A DNA stretch of 64,000 nt from an uncultured Chloroflexia bacterium (GTDB taxonomy: Bacteria; Chloroflexota; Dormibacteria; Aeolococcales; Aeolococcaceae), in the NCBI GenBank assembly GCA_963846365.1, contig CAWJVN010000007.1, positions 1,704,133 through 1,768,132 of the forward strand. The letters are read 5' to 3'. Positions within the stretch are counted from its first letter, which is position 1, and every line of letters starts with the position of its first letter. Below are positions 17,240-25,627 of the stretch, one piece after another. The notes beneath the pieces are model-generated. The model searched no databases, was not told the origin of the DNA, and saw only the letters and a program-made list of their open reading frames with translations. A program made the position numbers and the translations under genes.

Positions 17240-17989
17240 ATGGATCGCTCCCGGGAGATCAAGGCACGGCTCGAGCGACTGCTCCGCCTCGAGAGCGCGC
17301 CGGAGTTCCTCGACATCGTCAACCACCGTGTCGAGCATGACTTCGCTGACTTCCACCGCCGACGGCCGCTGCGCGGCGTGGTCCTCGACGAAACGTTCCG
17401 CCACTACTGGCGCCTGTCCGACGATTTCCGGGACGGGCGTCTCGTCGAGCGGGTGCGCTGGCACCTCTACGCGGAGCGTCAGGCATTGCGCGCTCTCGCC
17501 ACCGCTCGGACGCTCATGTACCACGCCTGGACGGTCGGCGTCGAAGAATACAGCGTGAGCATGGACGGCCACCTTGAGATCGAGGGCTGCGCCCAGCACC
17601 TCACCCTCGACCTGCTCTCGCTGGGGGCGATCGAGCAGGAGGCTCGAATCGCGTGGGAGAGAAGGGACAGTGTCAGCACCTACACCGGGATCGGCGGCCG
17701 CCTGGGCGCGCAGACGGTCCTCCTGCCGGACGCGGCCCTGACCGAGCAGCGCTGTGCTGAGGCAGTTCGGCGTTGGTACCGGGCACGCTTCCAGTGGACG
17801 CGGGGGCACTGGACGCACGAGGAGAGGTCCGAGCCGACGTTCGCCTTCGACTGGGAATGGCAGGTCCTCCCACCCACGGAGGACGAGGAGGAGGAGGCCG
17901 CGCGCCGCCACTGGTTGGGCTTCTCCAACCTCATCCGGACCGGCCCGGAGGTGGAGGGCCCGCCCCTCCTGCGTGCCGTGTCCGGGTAG
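17240..17989 (+). CDS. hypothetical protein (249 aa), divergent from the NTase operon
   Basis: Clean ORF with balanced composition and an acidic stretch, PPTEDEEEEAARR. No motif recognised. Confidence 0.5.
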   Translation: MDRSREIKARLERLLRLESAPEFLDIVNHRVEHDFADFHRRRPLRGVVLDETFRHYWRLSDDFRDGRLVERVRWHLYAERQALRALATARTLMYHAWTVGVEEYSVSMDGHLEIEGCAQHLTLDLLSLGAIEQEARIAWERRDSVSTYTGIGGRLGAQTVLLPDAALTEQRCAEAVRRWYRARFQWTRGHWTHEERSEPTFAFDWEWQVLPPTEDEEEEAARRHWLGFSNLIRTGPEVEGPPLLRAVSG

Positions 17990-18153
17990 CAGACGTTGGC
18001 GAACCCTCGCGTGATCCACGTTGTCGTCTCGTCACACCGCCTCGTCTCAGGCTCCCGCATGAGCGCGTCTCGCGGTGGATGGCCGGCGAGGAAGGTGGCA
18101 GGTCGCACAGGGGAGCGCCTGGCACTTGCGCCGCGGCAGCAGATGGTCGACCG

Positions 18154-18330
18154 TCAGCCCCAATACACGAGCACGAAGACACCGATCGTGATCACTAGCG
18201 CGCCGCTCATCGCACCGCTGAAGCGCCGAGGAGAGGCCTCCGGGAGGCTGGGCTGGCCGACGAGGCTCCAGAGCATGAGCAACGCGCCGGCACTCGCAAT
18301 GGCTATGCCGAGCCCACGCGGAACACTCAC
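18154..18330 (-). CDS. small membrane protein (58 aa)
   Basis: The GTG start is preceded by GGAGGA (ccggaggaagatcgcgtcGTG). Translation: VSVPRGLGIAIASAGALLMLWSLVGQPSLPEASPRRFSGAMSGALVITIGVFVLVYWG, giving two TM helices. It falls below the ORF-track cut-off. Confidence 0.45.
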   Translation of the reverse strand: MSVPRGLGIAIASAGALLMLWSLVGQPSLPEASPRRFSGAMSGALVITIGVFVLVYWG

Positions 18331-18511
18331 GACGCGATCTTCCTCCGGTACGCCTCAGGTGGATCCTTCGATGCCGCCAGTATGTATGCACGGGGCTGGG
18401 TTGACATCGAAACGGTGCCGCGCCGCGCGACCCGCGGGCAGCGTCTGAGCACAGGACCATCCCAATCCCCCGCCCGGCTGGGCCTCCGTTCCGTGGTCGC
18501 GACCTCTCGCA

Positions 18512-19006
18512 ATGCTGCGGTCGGCGGCGTCGCTGCGGTACGGTTGCGCCACATGGTGGAACTCCTTCTTCTGCGAGGACTGCGGAAGACCGGCTCGGCT
18601 CGTGGTCGACGAGCGCCGCGCCTGCGACCGATGCGGTGACCGGCGTATCGCCGCGGCGACGGGGTGGCCAGTCCTCCCTGAGCCGGCTCCCCCGGAGGAG
18701 GTGATCGGTCCCGATGGGCGGGCGCACCGGTTCGCGTACCGCCTGCTCCGCACGCCGGGAGGGATCACGGCTCTCGCCGAGGAGCCGGGGATACCTCCCG
18801 GTGAGGGCTACGCGCTCTCCGTGCACGGGCCGCACGACGCCAGTGGCGACCAGCTCACCGCTCGTCTCCGTGAGAAGGTGCGCGCAGGCGTCGGGCGTCG
18901 CTTCCTGGGGGAGGACGGCAGAGGAAGGCTGCGGTTGAGCGGCGACGATCTCGTCGGCCGAATCGACGAGGATCCGGAGGATTGGCAGGGGCTCCCGCGC
19001 GTGTGA
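18512..19006 (+). pseudogene. zinc-ribbon hypothetical protein, 3' end replaced by the IS21-family left end
   Basis: CEDCGRPARLVVDERRACDRCGD (CxxC...CxxC). The reading frame runs into the IS inverted repeat, and the last codons and stop (19002-19006) are IS sequence. Confidence 0.5.
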
Positions 19007-19056
19007 TGGCGCTCGTCTGAAACTGACCAGAGTTGCTCGTCGAAAGTGACCACCTC
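19002..19056 (+). repeat. IS21-family left inverted repeat
   Basis: tgtgatggcgctcgtctgaaactgaccagagttgctcgtcgaaagtgaccacctc. Confidence 0.7.
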
Positions 19057-19090
19057 AAACCAGTAGTAGTGGAGGGGTGGGGGCGCGGGT

Positions 19091-19101
19091 GGGGGCGCGG
19101 G
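19091..19101 (+). repeat. target-site duplication of the IS4-family element (left copy)
   Basis: gggggcgcggg, identical to 20460-20470. Confidence 0.8.
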
Positions 19102-20459
19102 CATACGCGCTAACTTAAGAAATGCCAGAGACGGGGTGGCGGATCAGCTTCTGCGGAACCTGCACGAGGCGTCGCCGTGGCGGGCTCTGAAGGGCCGGAA
19201 TGGCGTCGGCGAAGGTATGGACGCAGCGCGGGATAGTGGCACCGCGGAGCAGGGAAGCGCGCAAAACGTCGTACCAGAAGCGGGAGACGCGCCAGGGGCT
19301 AAGCGGGCGCCGCGACGAGTTGGAAGCCCCAGGGGGAAAAATCGCCGGCACGCACGATGAGCTCTTCAGCGAGGAGTGCCGCCAGGATCTTGGCGAGCAG
19401 GTAGGTTTGCGCCAGGTCGGGATCTCGGGCGCGTAACTGGTCGAGGTGGAGCAGGCTCTTGAGGCGCTTGAAGGCGAGTTCGATCTGCCAGCGGAATCGG
19501 TAGGCCTCGAGGATCTGTTCGGGGGTCACTCCTGGTTCGCAGTTGGTGAGGATCACCACGTAGTTTGCGAGGATCAAGGTCTCGTCTCGGACGGCGTGTC
19601 CCTTGCGCGTGCTCTCACGAACGGCCCGGCGAGCCGACTTCTCAGCGGCGTCGGGGCGTTTGCGCACGGCGACGAGGCGGAGAGGCCACGAGGTCGTCTG
19701 CGTGCGCAGCCCCACCCGGCGTTCTGCTGCTTGCGCGTCGGGCAGCTCGCCCAGCCACTCGATCAGTTCTGGTGAGCCACCGCTCGGGTAGGCGGTCAAC
19801 CGGATCTGCTGCAACGACGTGCGGACAATGAAAGTGCCGCCCTGCTCCAGCAAATGCACCAGCCCTGGGGCCAACCCGTAGGCCCGATCCCCGACGTAGA
19901 TCTCGTCGGGCTGAACGTCGATGCGGGCAAATGTCTCACCCTGAGAGTTGTCCGTGACCTGAACGCGCTGCAGCTGTAGAGCGAAGAGGTCGTACACAAC
20001 GTGCAGCCGCCAGTCAGCGCCAAGGCTCCCCGGCCGACTGACGGTAGTGGCGTCGATCAAGCAGATGCGCAGTGCTGCCCTCGGGAACACCTGCACCCTC
20101 CGCGCGAGCATCGAGGAGATCACCCTGCGCAGGAACTCGGGGCAGGCACGCAGTCGCTTCAGGACGGCGACGTCTGACATGGTGTGCCATCCCATCGCGC
20201 TCGCCATCGCGGCCGTCTGGCGCAACGACCAGTCCTCCGCCGCATAGGCCAAGGCGAGGCGGAGGAGCTCCTGGGCCGACCCAATCGCGCGACGACGGCG
20301 GAACGCCCCGCTCTCCTCCGCTAACTTGTCGAGGTCGGCAGGGAGGAGACCGAGGAGGTAGGCCCACTCCTCTTCGACGACCTCTCTGACCTGGTCAACC
20401 GCCACGCCACGACCCTATCACAGGCCAAGCCCAGCGTCAACCTTAAGTTAGCGCGTATG
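19102..20459 (-). mobile_element. IS4-family insertion sequence nested in the IS21-family element
   Basis: 18-bp perfect terminal inverted repeats: catacgcgctaacttaag (19102-19119) and cttaagttagcgcgtatg (20442-20459). It is flanked by an 11-bp direct repeat, gggggcgcggg. Confidence 0.85.
19299..20405 (-). CDS. IS4-family DDE transposase
   Basis: DDE residues sit in LIDATTV and YVGDRAYG. A perfect Y-(2)-R-(3)-E-(6)-K signature is present in YRFRWQIELAFKRLK. Confidence 0.9.
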   Translation of the reverse strand: MAVDQVREVVEEEWAYLLGLLPADLDKLAEESGAFRRRRAIGSAQELLRLALAYAAEDWSLRQTAAMASAMGWHTMSDVAVLKRLRACPEFLRRVISSMLARRVQVFPRAALRICLIDATTVSRPGSLGADWRLHVVYDLFALQLQRVQVTDNSQGETFARIDVQPDEIYVGDRAYGLAPGLVHLLEQGGTFIVRTSLQQIRLTAYPSGGSPELIEWLGELPDAQAAERRVGLRTQTTSWPLRLVAVRKRPDAAEKSARRAVRESTRKGHAVRDETLILANYVVILTNCEPGVTPEQILEAYRFRWQIELAFKRLKSLLHLDQLRARDPDLAQTYLLAKILAALLAEELIVRAGDFSPWGFQLVAAPA

Positions 20460-20470
20460 GGGGGCGCGGG
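20460..20470 (+). repeat. target-site duplication of the IS4-family element (right copy)
   Basis: gggggcgcggg, identical to 19091-19101. Confidence 0.8.
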
Positions 20471-20579
20471 GGAGGGTTGAACAAACCCTCCGGCTGTGGA
20501 AAACCCAACCGCGCCCAACCATGAGGAAGGGCTCCCCGATGCTGTCGGTGTTGAGCCGGCACCAAGGAGCCCCTTCCCC

Positions 20580-21869
20580 ATGCTCTCACTGGAGGACGAC
20601 GTGGAGGCACACGCACTTCACCGGCAGGGGTGGACGATCTCAGCGATCGCTCGCCACCTCGGCCGCAGCCGCAGCACCATCCGCGCCTACCTGGCCGGGA
20701 CCAGCGTTCCCGGGCAGCGCCGGCGCGCCGCCCCCGACAGCTTCGCCGCCATCGAGCCGTACACCCGAGCCCGGCTCAAGCAGGATGCGCATGTCTGGGC
20801 CAGCGCTCTCTACGACGAGGTCCAGCGCCTCGGCTACCCGCGCAGCTACCAGCGCTTCACCCACGAGCTGCGGGTGCGGGGGCTGCGCCCGCACTGCGAG
20901 GCGTGTGCCGGGGTTCGGGGCCGCCCCACGATCGAGATCGAGCACCCCGCCGGCGAGGAGATTCAATGGGACTGGGACGAGCTGCCCTCTCCGTGGGGTG
21001 AGGGCGATGTCCACCTGCTCACCGGCACCCTCGCCTACTCCGGTCAGACCCGCGGCGTCTTCTGCGAGTCCGAGGACCAGGCGCACCTGATCGAGGCCAT
21101 CGACCGGGTGCTGCGGATGTTCGGCGGCACGGCGCGGAGGTGGCGCTTCGACCGCATGGGGACGGTGGTGGTGGTCGGCACCGGCAGGGTCCTGGCCAGC
21201 TTCGCCAGCGTCGCCAAGCACTATGGCGCCGACATCGCGATCTGCCCGGCCCGGCACGGGAACCGGAAGGGCTGCGTGGAAAAGGCGATCCACTTTGCCA
21301 CCCAGCGCTGGTGGCGGACGGCGGTGGTGACCGGGCTGGAGCAGGCCACCTGCGCCTTCGAGGAGTTCCAGCGCACCATCGGTGATGGTCGCGAGCGTCA
21401 CGGCAGCACCGTCGCCGAGGCGGCCCGTGACGAGCGGCTGCTCCCGCTGCCACCGGGTGCCTACCCGGCCACCGTCGTCGTCGGCCGCGGCGTGGGGCCG
21501 TCGGCCCTGGTCGAGTTCCGCGGCAACAGGTACTCGGTTCCGCCCGGCTTCGTCGGCAGGGACGTCACCGTCCAGCACCGTCTCTGCGCCGCCACCCTGG
21601 AGATCATCGCGGCGACCGGCGTGGCGGTGGCGCAGCATCGCCTGGCACCGGCGGGGGCTGGTCTCATCCTCCGCCTGCCGGAGCATCACGACGCCCTGGA
21701 GCGGGCGGTCCTCGCCGCCCACTCCACCGCCCGGCCCTGTCGGCGCAAGGAGAACCGGCCTCCGGGGACGGAGGCGTTGGCGGCGGCCGCCGTCCTGCGC
21801 GGCACACCCGCGGACCAAGTGACCATCGACCTCGGCCGCTACGCCGAACTGGCGGAGGTGGCGCGGTGA
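20580..21869 (+). CDS. istA: IS21-family transposase IstA
   Basis: The N-terminal HTH is HRQGWTISAIARHLGRSRSTIRAYLAG, followed by an integrase-core-like region. The ORF track starts at GTG 20496; ATG 20580 (MLSLEDD) is preferred. Confidence 0.85.
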   Translation: MLSLEDDVEAHALHRQGWTISAIARHLGRSRSTIRAYLAGTSVPGQRRRAAPDSFAAIEPYTRARLKQDAHVWASALYDEVQRLGYPRSYQRFTHELRVRGLRPHCEACAGVRGRPTIEIEHPAGEEIQWDWDELPSPWGEGDVHLLTGTLAYSGQTRGVFCESEDQAHLIEAIDRVLRMFGGTARRWRFDRMGTVVVVGTGRVLASFASVAKHYGADIAICPARHGNRKGCVEKAIHFATQRWWRTAVVTGLEQATCAFEEFQRTIGDGRERHGSTVAEAARDERLLPLPPGAYPATVVVGRGVGPSALVEFRGNRYSVPPGFVGRDVTVQHRLCAATLEIIAATGVAVAQHRLAPAGAGLILRLPEHHDALERAVLAAHSTARPCRRKENRPPGTEALAAAAVLRGTPADQVTIDLGRYAELAEVAR

Positions 21870-22694
21870 CGGAGACCAGCGCCTACCAGAAGCTGCGTGC
21901 GCACCTCGCCTACCTGCGCCTCCAGGACGCCGCCGAGGCCCTGCCGCGTGAGCTCGAGCGCGCTGCCGCCGAGAAGTCCGGCCACACCGCGTTCCTCGAG
22001 CGGCTCCTCGACGTGGAGGTGGCCGCCACCGAGCAGCGCCGGCTGAACGGACGACGGCGCTTCGCCTCGTTCCCGGCGCCGTGGCGGCTCGAGGACTTCG
22101 ACTAACGACGCCCAGCCCGCCGTCGACCGCACCCTCATCGAGGAGCTGGGCACGCTGCGCTTCATCGAGGAGGCGGCCAACGTCCTCTTCATCGGGCCGC
22201 CCGGTGTGGGCAAGACGATGCTGGCGCTGGGCTTGGGCCACCGCGCGGTGGAGGCCGGGCACCGCGTCTACTACACCACTGCCGCCGAGCTGGCCGCACG
22301 CTGCCACCGTGCGGCGATCGAGGGGCGCTGGGCGACGACGATGCGCTTCTACGCCGGTCCTCGACTTTTGATTATTGACGAACTTGGCTATTTGCCCCTG
22401 GCAAGTGAGGCTGCCGCGGCACTCTTCCAGGTGATCGCCCAGCGATATCTCAAGGGTTCGGTGGCGCTCACGACCAATCGGGGCATCGCCTCATGGGGGC
22501 AGATCTTCAACGACGACCCCATGGTCGCCGCGGCGATGCTCGACCGCCTGCTCCACCGCAGCACGGTGGTGACGATCAACGGCAACTCCTACCGGATGCG
22601 CTCGCACCGCGCCCAGATCGAGCGGCTCCGCAACGGCATCCTGCCGCCCGACGACCCCGAGGACCCCAAACCACCCAGACGCGGCCCGCTGTGA
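21866..22694 (+). pseudogene. istB: IS21-family helper ATPase IstB, interrupted by an in-frame TAA and frameshift at 22103
   Basis: The N-terminal part ends ...PAPWRLEDFD at TAA 22103-22105. The other frame continues NDAQPAVDRTLIEELGTLRFIEEAANVLFIGPPGVGKT (Walker A) ... LLIIDELGY (Walker B). Confidence 0.8.
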
Positions 22695-22802
22695 CGGCCC
22701 AGGACGCCCCGGAACAGGTCGACATGACCCGCAGCACCCACCCAGTTATTCACAGGAGGACCTCCATCGATCCGTCCTGAGCTACCCTTCGGAGCGCGCC
22801 CT

Positions 22803-22857
22803 CACCTGGTCAGTTTCGACGAGCGAAAGTGGTCAGTTTCGGCGAGCGCCATCACCT
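22803..22857 (-). repeat. IS21-family right inverted repeat
   Basis: The reverse complement reads aggtgatggcgctcgccgaaactgaccactttcgctcgtcgaaactgaccaggtg, about 80 percent identical to the left repeat by eye. Confidence 0.7.
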
Positions 22858-23494
22858 GCGCGGGCCCCGGCCGCCGGTCGGCAAGGAACAGCGGCCCTCG
22901 CTCCCGGCCGGCGATGAGCCGGGGGACCAGCCGGGCGGACCCAGCCTGGAAGTGGAGCAGCTCGACGGCGCCGCCCTTGGAGACGACGACCGCGCGCTTG
23001 TTGGGCACGTCGACGTCCTCGACGTTGAGGGAGAGCACCTCGCCGGCTCGTGCCGCCGTCTCGTACAGCAACCGCCATAGCGCCTTCTCCCGGACGGCGA
23101 CGTCGTCACGCCGCCAGAGCTGGTCGAGCTTGGCGTAAGGGATCGCCTTGGTCCGGTCGGGCAGCTCGCGCCGGCGGGCCAGCCCCGCGTCGACGGGCCG
23201 GGCGAGCCACCCCTCGGACTGGCAGCGCCGGGCGAACGAGCGAACCGTGGCGACGTGGCGGTTCCACGTCCTGGCTGCCACTCCACGGCCCCAGGTGTCA
23301 TGGACCACTGCGGCCACATCGTCGGCGGTGAGCAACTCCAGCCGCAGCTCCGCGCCCAGCGCATCCCGGAGGCGGCCCAGGGTCTGCTCGTACGACCGCC
23401 GGCTCGAGGCGGCGAGGTCGGGCTGCGCCAGGAAGGCGTCGACGGCGTCGCCGAGGCTTCGGACCCGCCGAGGCAGGGCCACCACCCGCCGCAC
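22858..23494 (-). pseudogene. tyrosine recombinase, 3'-truncated by the IS21-family right end
   Basis: An N-terminal SAM-like domain and the first catalytic Arg block (LLYETAARAGEVLSLNVEDVDV) are present. The HxxR/H/Y blocks are missing. The frame runs into IS sequence after ...RRPGPAQV. Confidence 0.75.
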
Positions 23495-23965
23495 CGGCCA
23501 CCCTCCTCGATCTCGCAGGGAATGCGCTACCTTGACCCTACCGCATCGGGGGGGCCTCGAGTTCGGGTCGCCGCCGCTCCCGATCTCGATGTCGCGGGGA
23601 ATGGGCTGTTCCCTGCGGGAGAGAAACTGACCGCACCTTCGCTGATCGGGCAGAGCTTCTTCTCAGGCGTCCTGCGCACAGGATCCCTCTGTCGAGCAAA
23701 TGGCACGGGCGTGTGGCCGCATCGCGCTGCGTTCCGGTAGCGATGTCAGGCCGAGTGCCGTCGCCGCCGGCGGCCACCGGCCGCGGGCGAGCCCTTGGCG
23801 ATACGGCCCCGCGGCCGACGTGCCGATCTGGCGCCACCGGAGTCGAGTCGTGACGCGGCTGATGGCAGCTTGTCACCATTTAGAACGGGAAGTTTGTCGG
23901 TAGATGGTGAACCATCTCTCACTGAACCAGTCCCACGACTGGACCACACTCGTGTCCGAGGGACC

Positions 23966-24664
23966 ATGTTCAAACACAAGCTTCCACTCGTCTTGTTCGG
24001 GATTGCCGTGGCCTTTACGGTGCCCTATGCAACAGTTCGGGCCGCCGTTTCCACCCCGCAGGCGAGCGCCCCGGGATCCAAGGCGATCTCACTCGACGGC
24101 TTCAGGATCACCCCGTCCGAGGTCGGGCAAGTGATCCATCCACAGACCACCGTTGGGGCGGCGGCGTGCTCTGCCGATGCCTGCCTCGAGCAGCTTGTGG
24201 TCGGACCGATGGCGAGCGACCCAGGCTCGGCGCTGAGGGCTGCACAAAGCCTACCGGGAGTGCCGACGGCTCCGGCAGCGCCGCCACCTACGAGCAAAGT
24301 TCTCACCCCGAGCACCGGATACACCTACTCGTACGTGGCGTCCGAGTGGTGCCGTTCAGGCTACGGTGGATGTAACGCGTGGCACACCTGGGTGAAGGGT
24401 ACCGTGCACTGGGACAACTACTCGGTCTGGTACGACTGGGTTGACTGCTCCGACACGGGAGCCTCGTTCGGCTACAGTGTGCAGGTGACGTGGTGCGGTG
24501 TGTGGAACAATGGTGCCGCGGCTCCGTTCAACTACATGGATCTGGGCGAGAACTGGTACGTGTTCTGCTGCACGGGCTTGAACTTCGGCACGCAGCAATC
24601 CTACTGGCAGCGGATCGACATCTACAAGGGCGGTGGTCATGGTACTCGGGGAGGAGGCGGCTGA
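23966..24664 (+). CDS. secreted protein with a Cys/Trp/Tyr-rich C-terminal domain, function unknown
   Basis: Signal peptide MFKHKLPLVLFGIAVAFTVPYATVRAAVS. The C-terminal domain is YTYSYVASEWCRSGYGGCNAWHTWVKGTVHWDNYSVWYDWVDCSD...VTWCGVWNNG...WYVFCCTGLNFG. It ends in a Gly-rich tail. Confidence 0.6.
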   Translation: MFKHKLPLVLFGIAVAFTVPYATVRAAVSTPQASAPGSKAISLDGFRITPSEVGQVIHPQTTVGAAACSADACLEQLVVGPMASDPGSALRAAQSLPGVPTAPAAPPPTSKVLTPSTGYTYSYVASEWCRSGYGGCNAWHTWVKGTVHWDNYSVWYDWVDCSDTGASFGYSVQVTWCGVWNNGAAAPFNYMDLGENWYVFCCTGLNFGTQQSYWQRIDIYKGGGHGTRGGGG

Positions 24665-24891
24665 TGCAGGTTCAATGGGGCCGGGTAGTCGTCACCGGGC
24701 TTCTCGCGCTCGTGGCCGCAGTGGCAGGTCTCGCTCTCGTGGGACCTGTTGTGGTCGGCCTCGTGCATCGCGAAGCGTGGAGCGGAGCCAGCGGCGGCGT
24801 CACCGTCGTGCTGGTGGTTGCTGGGCTTCTTGCTCTGGGTCTCGCCGGTCGGCTGGCCCACCTCGTCCGCCAAGGGCTCGTGCGCCCCTAG
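24664..24891 (+). CDS. small two-TM membrane protein (75 aa)
   Basis: The ATG overlaps the upstream TGA by 1 nt (cTGATGc). Helices: VVVTGLLALVAAVAGLALVGPVVVGLV and VTVVLVVAGLLALGLAG. Confidence 0.5.
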   Translation: MQVQWGRVVVTGLLALVAAVAGLALVGPVVVGLVHREAWSGASGGVTVVLVVAGLLALGLAGRLAHLVRQGLVRP

Positions 24892-25043
24892 CCACCCGTC
24901 GAAGACAGTCCCGCCCGAGGGTCCCGGTGTTTTGTCGCTGGCACCCTCGGGCAGTCTTCATCAGGATGGCACCCTCGCCTTTACACACCTACCCGAGCGG
25001 CGAGTGGTGGACGCAGGCTTCACCAGAGATCACAGGTGGAGGC

Positions 25044-25235
25044 ATGAAGCTGTCAGTGGCCTTCGGGGTGACCATGGCCCTCGTCTGGGCGGTGGGCGCG
25101 GTCCTGATCGGCATCACGCCGGGTGCCTGGGGTGGTGGCATCGCAATGTCGGTGATCAGCGGAATGGCCCTTGGTGGGCTCATCTCCGTGGCCCTCAAGT
25201 TGATCCGCGCACGCCGGAAGACGCGGCTCAGGTGA
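25044..25235 (+). CDS. small two-TM membrane protein (63 aa)
   Basis: GGAGG lies 3 nt before the ATG. Translation: MKLSVAFGVTMALVWAVGAVLIGITPGAWGGGIAMSVISGMALGGLISVALKLIRARRKTRLR. Confidence 0.5.
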   Translation: MKLSVAFGVTMALVWAVGAVLIGITPGAWGGGIAMSVISGMALGGLISVALKLIRARRKTRLR

Positions 25236-25367
25236 CCTCTACGAGGAGGACACGCGGTTGCTCGCTCCCTGCCCCCCCGTTTTTGTCTCACACACGGACC
25301 TCGCGACGCTGTTTCCCGGTGTGGTCCAGGCATCTCCGCCGCTGACCGAGCGGTCTAATTCCTACTT

Positions 25368-25625
25368 TTACACGTATCTCGGCTCAACCCGGTCATCGAG
25401 TTCGATCGCATACTCCTCGCCGCGGACCCGCGCCAGCTCCGTCTCGGCCGCGAGTCGCGCCGCATGAGCTGCACGCCATCCCGGTCCTCCGACAGCCCGC
25501 TGGCGATCAGTTTCGGTCGCCTTTGCATCCTCGAGTGCAGTTATGGCGGCACGGATCTCCTCATCACTTCTAACCGGCCAGTCCTCGGATGTGAAGGGGG
25601 GATATAGCACCCAGCGCCACGACAC
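25368..25625 (-). CDS. hypothetical protein (85 aa) immediately downstream of kptA
   Basis: The GTG start is immediately downstream of the kptA stop (TAG 25628-25630), separated by 2 nt. It is predicted helical (EEIRAAITALEDAKATETDRQRA). No motif recognised. Confidence 0.4.
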   Translation of the reverse strand: MSWRWVLYPPFTSEDWPVRSDEEIRAAITALEDAKATETDRQRAVGGPGWRAAHAARLAAETELARVRGEEYAIELDDRVEPRYV

Positions 25626-25627
25626 CG

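Larger units (their letters stand above)
19002..22857 (+). mobile_element. IS21-family insertion sequence (istA-istB), itself interrupted by an IS4-family element
   Basis: Roughly 55-bp imperfect terminal inverted repeats with internal GAAACTGACCA/CGTCGAAA sub-repeats (19002-19056 vs the reverse complement of 22803-22857). istA and istB lie between them. The exact termini are uncertain by 2-3 nt. Confidence 0.75.

Noticed and set aside
20640-22307. 555-aa ORF on the minus strand
   Set aside because: Antisense to istA/istB, with low-complexity Arg/Gly/Ala composition and no motif.
23616-23655. GAGAAACTGACCGCACCTTCGCTGATCG resembles the internal sub-repeats of the IS21-family inverted repeats
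   Set aside because: Only about 10 contiguous nt plus a partial second block match, and the terminal TGTGATGG... part is absent. It could be a solo remnant of another IS end, but it is too short to call.
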